Source: Massalongia carnosa (Eukaryota). From it: a DNA stretch of 64,000 nucleotides. This document shows, piece by piece, positions 48,629-58,637 of this stretch. Below the pieces are notes generated by a model. That model saw only the letters and a list, made by a program, of their open reading frames with translations, did not search any database and was not told the origin of the DNA. A program made the position numbers and the translations under genes. Each line of letters begins with the position of its first letter. Within the stretch, counting starts at the first letter, position 1. Location: positions 248,001 through 312,000 of the forward strand of contig OZ287088.1 in NCBI GenBank assembly GCA_965645245.1, read 5' to 3'.

Positions 48629-50332
48629 ATGGAGGGCCGAATTCACACAATATTTACCAGGGCATCTCCGACGGCTAACGAGGCATGTACCACATCGCGT
48701 TGCGGCACGAAATCTCCTAGAAAAATCTTGAGTGCGACTATCTTCGCATTCATGACCACTCCTGCCGCTGCAGCCAATTTTGGGATTTGCTGCATGAAAG
48801 CTGCTCGAGAGCAGTTCAATGTAACAATTGAGGATACACCATGGGCTGTATGTGGAGTCATACCGAGTTTCGACTTCGCACGAGACTCGCCTCTCGACTC
48901 CGTGAACGTAACGTTGGGATGGTGCAAGGAGCATTGCAGTGGTTATCAAGCAAGCACGGCATCACAGTGGCTTCAGCCTCTTGCCACATGGATTATACCG
49001 CCTTTTACACTTTTACTTCTCTGCTCAGTAGGAGAGGATAATCGGCCATTCGCGTCGCGTTGGTACAAGGCGAAGGAATACGTTTATCTGCTTGGGGATC
49101 CAGCAAGTGCCATCTGCGGCGGGTTTGCGGAACTCTGGATGGATTCTTGGTTAACAACGAAATTGTCGAAACTCAAGGGGAGCGGCAAGTCATTTGAGGA
49201 GGTAGCGATTGGTCTGGCTATGCTCGCCAGTCAAACGGAGTTCAAAAACCTTACGATTCATCAGACCAAGGCACACGATCCCGTATTCAGCAACACTCAG
49301 AACGAACACGAGGCAGGCGAATCAGTCGTTCAAGTCTTACCTAAAGAAAGTATCTCACAAGTTGAAGGTAGCCGAAAAACGAAGTCTGCCGCATTTATGT
49401 ATGATGCTTCAGATGCTTCAGGCAACCCTGGGTCTGAAGTTTTTGAACAGCTGAAAAGGAGCATCAGAACTGTTCTACGAGCCAGGATAGATTTTGTTAC
49501 CGGTATCGCAGTTCCAGTCGTACTGGCAATCGCCACTACAGCAACCGTATTCCACGACGCTTACCTAAGACTCGGGGACAATGATACGGCTCATGGTCTT
49601 GCGTTTGGGATATGGTTTGCATGGGTGATTGTGCTTTGCGTCGTCAGTAATTCATACGTGGCAAGCGTGAACCCGGGAGTGGCGAAGGCTGCTCTCGGGG
49701 ATTATCTAACGCTCTCTTCACGAACACTCCCCCTTCGGCATCGGATGAGGAATATTGAAAACTGGAGAGTCTGGGTAAGGCATGTTTTAAACGAGAGGTC
49801 CTCATCTGGCGCCTATTACCTGCTGTACCTGATTGGACAGATCGCTGCAGCGAGTATCATTGCCTTCTTTTGCGCGTGCGCGGCAGCGATATCGTACAAT
49901 ACTCCAACCATCGGCATTGGATGCAGATCGTTTAGTTTCTTGCTGTATGGCTTGTTGGTGGCGGTCGTGGCGCTGGTGATGGTACTTCAAGATTGGCTAG
50001 CATTGAAGAATGGTACCGTCCCAGAGACCCGGATGATGAGATTTCTGCGAAGCCTATACAGGCTTCTTGTCAGCTTCAACGCGTTTGTTCTCTGCTTCAG
50101 CACATTTGCGCAAGTCCTGGGCCTGTATCGAAGTTGTATCTGTAACCATTTTGGGCCGCCGTCGACTACAATTGAGCTGGCCATAGGCACCACAATGGCC
50201 GTTGACAACGCACGCAATACCTGGATACCGGCAGGGTTCGTGGCTTATACTTTCGTTTGGTGTGTCTGTGGCGTTGCGGTGGGCTTGCGGGCTTACATCA
50301 ACTTTCATATTCAAGGATTCTTAAGTGAATGA
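48629..50332 (+). CDS. Multi-pass membrane protein of unknown function (about 7-8 hydrophobic segments, Cys-rich N-terminal loop)
   Basis: 567-aa intronless ORF with many hydrophobic stretches; start codon uncertain. Confidence 0.75.
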   Translation: MEGRIHTIFTRASPTANEACTTSRCGTKSPRKILSATIFAFMTTPAAAANFGICCMKAAREQFNVTIEDTPWAVCGVIPSFDFARDSPLDSVNVTLGWCKEHCSGYQASTASQWLQPLATWIIPPFTLLLLCSVGEDNRPFASRWYKAKEYVYLLGDPASAICGGFAELWMDSWLTTKLSKLKGSGKSFEEVAIGLAMLASQTEFKNLTIHQTKAHDPVFSNTQNEHEAGESVVQVLPKESISQVEGSRKTKSAAFMYDASDASGNPGSEVFEQLKRSIRTVLRARIDFVTGIAVPVVLAIATTATVFHDAYLRLGDNDTAHGLAFGIWFAWVIVLCVVSNSYVASVNPGVAKAALGDYLTLSSRTLPLRHRMRNIENWRVWVRHVLNERSSSGAYYLLYLIGQIAAASIIAFFCACAAAISYNTPTIGIGCRSFSFLLYGLLVAVVALVMVLQDWLALKNGTVPETRMMRFLRSLYRLLVSFNAFVLCFSTFAQVLGLYRSCICNHFGPPSTTIELAIGTTMAVDNARNTWIPAGFVAYTFVWCVCGVAVGLRAYINFHIQGFLSE

Positions 50333-50461
50333 ACGAATCCAGAATCGGTTTATCATAAATGTCAGTCCGCTGCCCAGCACCAAAGGAACAGCGCTGATTT
50401 GTTATGATTGTTTCAAGTTGTAACGGTTCCACGATTGTTTCTATTCGGAAGATTTACAGTA

Positions 50462-50880
50462 TTGCCTCAGTGCCTTACTCTGTAGGTGCCCGGTTGAGCC
50501 CTTTCGGGGTTAACAGGCTGACTAAGCCACGTTAGTCAGCTGGGACGCAGAAAAGCCATGGATCCGAAGAAGGTAGAAAGTAGATGATATTTTCCCAGGC
50601 CAAAAGGCCTGGTTTTACCAGCACTAGTCTAAGCTAACTAACTAAAATAAGAAGGTGCCAGCCTTGGAAGGTGCAGACCATCTGATCTCACTGACGCAAC
50701 AGACAGCGTACGAGTACGGATACGGAGTAATCGTGCTAGACCACTTTCGGAATGCAGAGAGAGGGGTGCTCTCTGCATTCCGAAAGTGGTCTAGCACGAT
50801 TACTCCGTAACTACTGGAAAGATCGCCAGTGTAAGGAACTTAGCGAAGGAGGCTAACCCGAGTCTGAGGTACCGAGGCAC
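50462..50880. mobile_element. Degenerate non-autonomous derivative of the Academ-like family
   Basis: Ends TTGCCTCAGTGCCT... and ...CTTAGCGAAGGAGGCTAACCCGAGTCTGAGGTACCGAGGCA resemble the TIRs at 4248 and 19032; no TSD recognisable. Confidence 0.65.
50721..50809. repeat. Perfect 41-bp-arm palindrome with 7-nt loop (foldback mini-element)
   Basis: TACGGAGTAATCGTGCTAGACCACTTTCGGAATGCAGAGAG-aggggtg-exact reverse complement; begins and ends with TA. Confidence 0.95.
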
Positions 50881-51323
50881 GCGGGTTGGGGGGAAAAGTC
50901 ATATAACGGGGCAAATCGCTTCAGTAATTTCAAAATTCGATGATTTATATCTCAGTTGAAAACAACGAGATTCTTTTGTCAAGACCAGTAACACTCTAAT
51001 AGTCATCATAATAATCAAGATATAAATCTTTATTAAAAGTTAACTGAAGCCTACGTTTACAGTATTTAAAGTAGGATTTTGCGCGTTGCATTTTTTTTCT
51101 TTTTTCACCCGCTGCTCAACGCGTTGACCGCTTTCAACCTTCAATTCTCATTCGTCAATCTGCTTTGGCAACGGGTGAGATCGTGTTGTCGGGCTGCGGA
51201 AAAAAACATGAGAACCGATGAGTCTCGAGATGTTCTTTTGGCGGCAGGATTTTCGCTTCAGTCAGTTTTAATTGCGACCATTCGTCTTCTCTCTCTACTC
51301 GATTTCTAGAACTCTTTTCAAAC

Positions 51324-51867
51324 ATGAATTTTCTGATACCACCTCTGCTGCTGGTGGCAGCATTTCCGGAGACATTGGCGCTTCATTCGCCAACGGATGT
51401 GACGGAGAGGAGAGGTTTCTCGGCAGTTACAGTTGCGCCCTTCCTGCTACCTGAACCAGTCGGCCAGCAACCGGAGCCCTTTAACCTCGAAAGCCCTTCC
51501 ATCGACGATACGAGTCCTACTTCGTCTAATCTCCTCGCGGCTCCTCCGCTCGCACCGGCTCTTCCGGACTCCAGCGCGGCGGCAGACGACAGCGAGACGA
51601 ACGTATCCGCGCAGTCCGAGGATCCCAACGATCCGCTCGTGGCCGCTGCGCCCCCCTCACCATGCCCCCAAAAGAGCCATCCAGCGCCTCCTAGCCGTTC
51701 GAAAGGAACCGTCAAATTCCGCCTCCCATGGTCAAAGAGATCTCCCGATGCCTGCAATCTTCCCGAGGACGACGGGGAAGGCTGCAACCGTAGCGAACTC
51801 CAGCTTTGTTGCGCGGGCAATCCGCAATTCGGAAACAAGGCGCTCTATGTCCCGAACTGCGGGCGTT
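51324..51867 (+). CDS. Putative secreted Pro/Ser-rich protein with Cys-rich C-terminus (first exon; 3' end unresolved)
   Basis: Signal-peptide-like 'MNFLIPPLLLVAAFPETLA', KR site, 'C...LCCAG...C'; probable donor GTACGT at 51868. Confidence 0.55.
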
Positions 51868-52371
51868 GTACGTGTTTATCCTCGCTTTCGAGTTTTCGGG
51901 ATCACCATGCTGATGATGATGATGATGATCACGTGCAGGGAAGGGACAGGCGGATTGCGCGTTCAAAATCGTGTTTGATGACTGGAACCCTTATTATGGA
52001 ACCGAGTGGTGTTGCAGGAGGCTGGTCGACGGGAAGGGGAGGGATTGTCGACCGGCGGGGGTTCCTCGGCCGTTTTAACGACGAGAATGATGGTCGCGTT
52101 GATTACTACTCCGTGCTACAACGGCATCCTGATTATGACGATTTGATTGTTTTCACAGGATCACATCGTTACATGGGGAATCATCGTTCGACACAAATCC
52201 GCACTGGAGTAATATCAACAAATACATGTGTAGCAGATTCGATTCCCCATTGATTTGTCTCGTCTGACTTCACCATCTCCGACGTGCCCGGTGAAGTCTC
52301 CTCGGATCAACCTTATCACACGCCTTCGCTTCCCTTGGGTGAACAGGCTGACAATCGTAAAGAAAATGGTA

Positions 52372-54188
52372 ACGTCTTAGCCACCCATTCGGGCCAGCCA
52401 CCCAATCGGGCCACCCCTCGAAATCTAGTAGCTGAATATTAATCTTTTCCTTCCAATCCACCACCATCACTCCTTTATCGATAAACTATATATAAATTGC
52501 CTAAAAACATACCCGTACATGACTCTGTTACTAGATTACAGTTGGCTATTGACGAAATACGCAAAAACCCAGGCATTTCGCAGCGGGAGATAGCGCGCAT
52601 TTACGGAGTTCCCCGATCGACCTTACAAGCCCGTCTTCGAGGCAGACGGGACGCAAAAACCTCCCATGAGGCCACTCAAAGACTATCAGTAGAAGAAGAA
52701 CAGGGCTTGATCACGTGGATAGATCGGATGACTGCATGAGGTTGGCCACCTAGTATTCAACACCTTGAGGGCATGACCAAAAGTCTGCTGGAAGCAAAAG
52801 GAGACTCAAAACCCCTAGGACATCATTGGTATAAAAATTTCATGAATAGACATCCCCAATACAGAACTAAATTTAAAAGAAACCTGGATCAATCCAGAAA
52901 AGACGCAAGTCATCCCAAAATCCTGAAGGAATGGTTTGAACTGTACATGACCACCCGAGCAAAGTATGGAGTCGCAGATGAAGATATTTACAATATGGAT
53001 GAAAAGGGTTTTGCCATGGGCATTGCGGATAGTTCTAAAGTGATAGTCAAGAGGGAAACAACCCCATTCATTGTGCATCCAGGGAATAGGGACTGGGTTT
53101 CTTTAATCGAATGCATATCCTCTCGCGGAACAGTTCTCCCTGCCTATATCATTTTCCAGGGTAGTCAGGTTCAAAAAGATTGGTTGGAGGCCATTGCTGA
53201 TCCTTTGACCACTCTGCAAGTCAGCCCTAAATGGTTGGACGGATGCAGAGATAGGTTTTCATTGGCTAGAACATGTCTTCCATCCGCAGACAAAACGCAC
53301 ACAGGGGATTTATAGAATGTTGATTGTGGATGGTCATGAAAGTCATATATCCATGAACTTTATTAAGTTCTGCGACCAGGAGAAAATCATAGCCCTTTGT
53401 TTGCCACCTTATTTTACTCATCTATTGCAGCTATTAGATGTGGGTGTTTTTGGCCCGCTATCTAAGGCTTATAAGACGCTTGTTTCTGCGCGGTCTCGTT
53501 ACGGGGCCGTAAATATCTCGAAATTGGAGTTCCTACACCTTATTCAGGAGGCTAGAAAGCAAGCTATAACGTTCATCAATATCATGAATGCATGGCGCGG
53601 GGCAGGTCTTATTCCATACAAACCCGAGCATGTTTTAGGCAAATTGCCTAGATCTATCATTCCTTCACCTCGTGACATCGTCACCACTACCCCCACAACG
53701 AACAAACGCATTCAGGTAGCTAGCGATGCTTTGTTAACCCGTGTAACTCCATCTCTCCGCGCGCATGTTGAATTGCTTCAAACAACCGCATTGAATGCCG
53801 TGGCTGATAGAGGTATCCTACGGCATACCAATCAGGAACTAGTTGAAAAACAGGCTCAGCGACGCCAAAAGGTGTCTAGAAAGGGGTGTGATAAAGCGAG
53901 GGTGCTAACTGTGGGTGAGGGGCTGGCTAAGATCGAAGAGAAACAGCAAAAAGAGGAGGCATTAGCCAGAGAAAAGGAGCGATATCATGCTTTAAATGGT
54001 AAAGTGAAGTTCGCAAAGGCCGTCTGGAAAGAAATGCGTATGGATAGTGATATTTTTAGTTAATTTTGGGGATGGTAGAAGCATCGTGGTGATGTTGTTT
54101 TCCTTTTGGTGGAGTGGGATAGTTGGCCAGGATATTTTTGATGGGGTGGCCCGATTGGGTGGCTGGCCCGAATGGGTGGCTAATACGT
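52372..54188 (+). mobile_element. Fot1/pogo transposon, full length, transposase disrupted
   Basis: ~46-bp TIRs ACGT(C/A)TTAGCCACCCATTCGGGCCAGCCACCCAATCGGGCCACCCC, TA TSD; 'YNMDEKGF', 'VDGHESH'; stop at 52737 and frameshift at ~53230. Confidence 0.95.
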
Positions 54189-54543
54189 TAACGAATTCAC
54201 CTAGAAGTAGGCCACCGAGCTAATAAGCCACCGTCCTATGATAACTGGTTCTCCTATGTATGGAGGACCCGCTTATCTCAGTACATCACTGAGAGTTACA
54301 TACACAGTACAGATGTTCTGCGCCCCGATAGTTACGTCACCGTACTAGTACCTGCTTAGGCGCACAAAAAGCTCAAAGCAGGCAGGCGGAAGACATAACA
54401 TTCTTCAGATATAGTTAGTTAGAAGAAGCTTTTGTGAATATCTCACTTTTAGCATTTGTCGTAGGTATAGCAAAGTTTTCGTTGCGGAAAAATCGCAATA
54501 ATACATAGTTACTTGGTTTCTTACGAATGTTTGATCGTAATAT

Positions 54544-54612
54544 TGAATTTTGCGCTTAGACGGGTTATCGCAGTTACGTTAGTCAAGGAACACGTCCGAG
54601 ATACTGAGGCGA
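54544..54612 (-). repeat. Solo degenerate terminus of the Academ-like family
   Basis: TGAATTTTGCGCTTAGACGGGTTATCGCAGTTACGTTAGTCA...CACGTCCGAGATACTGAGGCGA aligns to 18894-19032 with the hairpin block missing. Confidence 0.65.
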
Positions 54613-55668
54613 TATTGAATTTCGGATTATATATCGATAAATTATCAGGTTGAGTGATTGTTAGCCGTATAGGACGGCGCGGAAATTATTAGAATACCAA
54701 TTTACACAAGACAGGTTTTAAAGAGAACAAGTTTTTGGTAATGTTATTATTGAAGTTAAATTATCAATCAGCTTCTCAATAGTCTTTACGATATGAAAAA
54801 ACGTGCGATGAATGACTCGAATTTACACAAATGTCATGGGGTTTGCACTTACGAATCCTTATTTGCGTAGAATGCGTGCTTATTGCCGCTTTGACAAAAC
54901 GCCAATGACAAGATAGCCGTGCGTTGTCATGGCGTGGTCAAAGCATTGGGCGGATAGCGGGAAGAACGGCAAATGGACTCGCACTCCGCCTGCGGCGTCT
55001 CCCGGGCACGCCTTGAGTCGAGTTCCTTGTTGCAGGTAAGGCCTGGATGCACGTCGGATCTGATACGCATACGTCAACCCAATCTGACACTGCTTCATGC
55101 GGTGCCTGGACACGTACGGGAAGAAGGATTCCGGAACCCGGCATCGACAAAGCATGCACGGTGCCGGAGTTCGCGGGGGGGGCACTCTTTACATGATCTA
55201 TTTCAAAGCGAACGAAAAACGAACGTCGTGTTGATATCGCGATAGAAGCATCTATGTCCATCACGCTACGTAACGCTCTTCGCATTTCAAGTCGTCAAGT
55301 TCGAGGTCGTCCACTCGTCGAGTCAGGTAACCGATACTTTTTATCAAGCTGCCGCCGTGCATCATAGAGATCCTTCGTCCTCATCATCAGCTTCAGCCGT
55401 TCTTCTCCTCGCTTTCGGGTTCGCACTCCTATCTTTCAAGTCGATCTCGCCTCCACGTCGTCATCGACGTTCTGCAGCTCTTCGACGCGCCCCGAATGCA
55501 AGATCAGCGTCAGCATTTCGCTTATTTCATCTCAATCGTTGCTCGTGAATTCGATCTCAACTACTCGATAATGAATCGAGTAGAGGATGTATTCAATGAT
55601 CATGACGGCGTGCGTGAGAAGGATCGTCTTCTAACTTCGCTTCAACGCCATTAAGCAACTTCCACCTG

Positions 55669-56929
55669 ATGATGTCGAATGATCTCACGCGGACCACACC
55701 TCCCGAGAGCTTTGTCAACCTGCCCTTGACCCCGCCTTCGTCCGACGGCAAATCATCTAAGCATTCCCGCCAAGTCTCCCTCATAGCCAAACACCTTCAC
55801 CTTCGCCAAACTGGTTCTCAATACTTCACTCAGCCCTGGATCATTATTCCGCTGCTCTTTAAGGACTTTGAGCAGCTTCTTGAAGCTATTGAAGTCGACC
55901 AGGCACTGTGGGGCTACGTGAGGGATAAAATTCGGTAGGAAAGCCTCTTATCTTCATGCTCGTCGGTCTGGGCTAATCAAGCGGGTGTCGTGTAGGTACG
56001 ACTATTTCTGGAGAAACAGCCAGTTCGTCCTGCGTATGCCAACCAACACTCATGAAGTCTTCGGAGCTAGTGTGGTTGACGAGATTCAAACGCAGCTGAA
56101 GCGAATTGGTGCAGGGACGACAGAGGAACCAGAGTTCACCAAGGTCATCAAGCATCTTGGATCGCCAAGGTTGCATTTTCCAGCGGATGAAGCGAGCGAC
56201 GAGGAAGTTATCGATGACGGAAAGGAAGAAGAGCGGGAGCACCTATCCAAATACAATGTACACGAACCGGATGCGGCCTTTGGACTGTATGATGCGCAGT
56301 GGCCGGGTGTCGTCATCGAGGTGTCCTATTCCCAGAAGAGTAAAATGCTCAAGGACTTGGCCGAGGACTACATTCTGGGCTCGAACGGGAACATTCGCGT
56401 GGTGGTTGGCTTAGAAATTGAGTACCGACAGTCGAAGAAGGCGACTCTCTCCATCTGGCGGCCGCAATACGTAGAGCACGAAGATGGGCAGCAGGACCTG
56501 GTATCTACGGAAACCGTGTGGAGCCAGGTGACATATTCGCCATGCCCTCGTCTTCGCTTTGCTGATGAGCTGATACAGGAATTCCGCAACGAGCTGGGAA
56601 CTATGCCCGAGGACACGGCCAACACGGGTCTTGAACTGCAGCTTCAGGACTTCGCCAGCGAAGCCCTAACCGAATATTCTCAATTCACGGCTCAACGCGT
56701 TTTCATTTCATCGAACACCCTGTACAGTTTTCTCACCCGCGCACAGAACTACGAGAAGCAAATTAAGGAAATGAAAGGCACCATGAGCCCATTACGCCCT
56801 GGGGCAAGGAAGCGACCACGACAGAAGACGCCCCCGGACGAACTGAAGTCGGATGATGAGCGACGCTTCTTGAAGCACGAGGAACAGGCGGCGAAGAAGA
56901 TGGTGAAGAGAGATGGGGATTATTCATGA
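55669..56929 (+). CDS. PD-(D/E)xK-fold (Uma2-like) putative nuclease, fungal family
   Basis: Exons join over intron 55935-55995 ('KIR|YDYF'); motifs 'LRMPTNTHE', 'EPDAAF', 'PGVVIEVSYSQ', 'LAEDYILGS', 'SIWRP'; probable second in-frame intron ~56527-56577; basic C-terminal NLS-like tract. Confidence 0.7.
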
Positions 56930-58637
56930 ACCCCTCGAATATTACTATTACATCACTACCTACCGCCATAGAAAGTACCTACTACCTACATAGGATTCGT
57001 CACGATTCCCTCCTCCCTATCTCGTCGCTCGTTGCTTTCCGATTGCTTGATGATGCATGGGTGCATTCTCCATAACCAATTTGTTTTTTTAAAAAAAAGA
57101 CCCGACATCATTCGTTCGTTTATTCGTTGTGTGCTTCCATACATGCATGCGACGCATCACCAAGCGCCACTGTGCCCTGCAGCCTGACCATCCTCATGTT
57201 CTATGGAGTGCGTTGCTGCGGGGATTTCTAATAGTACTAAGCTATGAGCATCTCGACTGTTTTCTATTCCCGCATCCTCGAGCAAACCCCTGACGGATCC
57301 ACCTTTGAGGATGTGGCGCAGCTGAACCGTTGATTCTGGGGAACCCTAATGCATCATCAATTGCCATTAGGGCTAGCGGACAATATTCCCCGAACACTAA
57401 TGCAGTGTCCTGACCCTAAGCTGGATCCAGTGCCAGCGCGCTTAAGCAGTCGGCAACGGAATGGTCAATTCGAATACAGAGCACAGAGTCAAAGAGTACA
57501 GAGCATTAAAGAATACAAGACATTCGTTCGATATCAAAAGTGCTTCGGTCTGCATCAACGACCTCGCGAAGTGAGAGGCCTACATTTCCTCATCTCCTGC
57601 AAATATACTCGACCATGGTAGGAAGCCAGATTTTCCGTCGATCAAGCGGTGCAAAAGGCGTTGAAGGCGCGCGACCACCAAGCTGAGAGCCGCGAAGTTA
57701 TGTCAACGGGCGCTCAAAGCCTGTGAAGCCCCTAGTCTCGTTTCTTGGCGCTGCTCACCGCCTAGGTGTCGTCGTTGGAACTGTAACGTCCAGAGCGAGG
57801 CTTTCATGCAGCATGTGACAGTGTCCGTCCACCGAGGATCTTAGCAATGGACCTTCATGGGATGTGGATCATCATCACTGGTGTTATCCGGAACGGAATA
57901 CGATATCAACGATGAGTAAGTTGGAAACCTGCATCCTCGGACGCCAACCTCGCGAATGAAGATAGGAAGACACCAAGGACGGCCGCACGGGCACAGGTGG
58001 TGCAATCACATACTCACCTGGGGGACCTCGTCGACTTAGATCCAAAAATCAGGCTTCGAAACCCGACTCGACTGCATATTTTTGTATCCCTTGGATCCAC
58101 CGATGGTGCCGGATCAGCATGATAACGCGTGAGGGGCATCCTCGATGCAGCAGGAGCGTAGCCCAAACCAACCGGAGTAGACAAGATACAGGAGAGGCTT
58201 GCGCATCTGGACAAGCCAATCTGGCATGGCCCACCATGGCTAAGGAATGGCTAGCTGAACGTGAGCTCTTAAATCTTCTACATGTCGTATTCTACCGATC
58301 CCGGCTCTTCAACGGATTGGGTAACATGGCTTATGACGTGGTTGATCGCAAATCAGGGAAGATGTGACGTTTCGGCGGGGTCCAGGCCGGTATCGATGAA
58401 GAGTTTGACACCATGGGCAAATCGTAGAGCCAGCTGGACACTCTGCGACGCTATCGACGTCGGAGATCGACTTGGTGTACTGTGACGAGCCACTGATCGC
58501 TGATAAGCGTGTCGTGAAAGAAATATGTGTGTATAAACAGTCGATGTTCTTGGGTTCCTTGTCTCGAAAAGTCCTCGTAAGCTATCTTCCATCCGAATTA
58601 CCCCCAAAGCCTACATCTGCCACAACGTACGTTGGAA

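Noticed and set aside
51908..51930. Poly-Asp / poly-His tract as a protein feature
   Set aside because: (GAT)n microsatellite just downstream of a likely splice donor; probably intronic.
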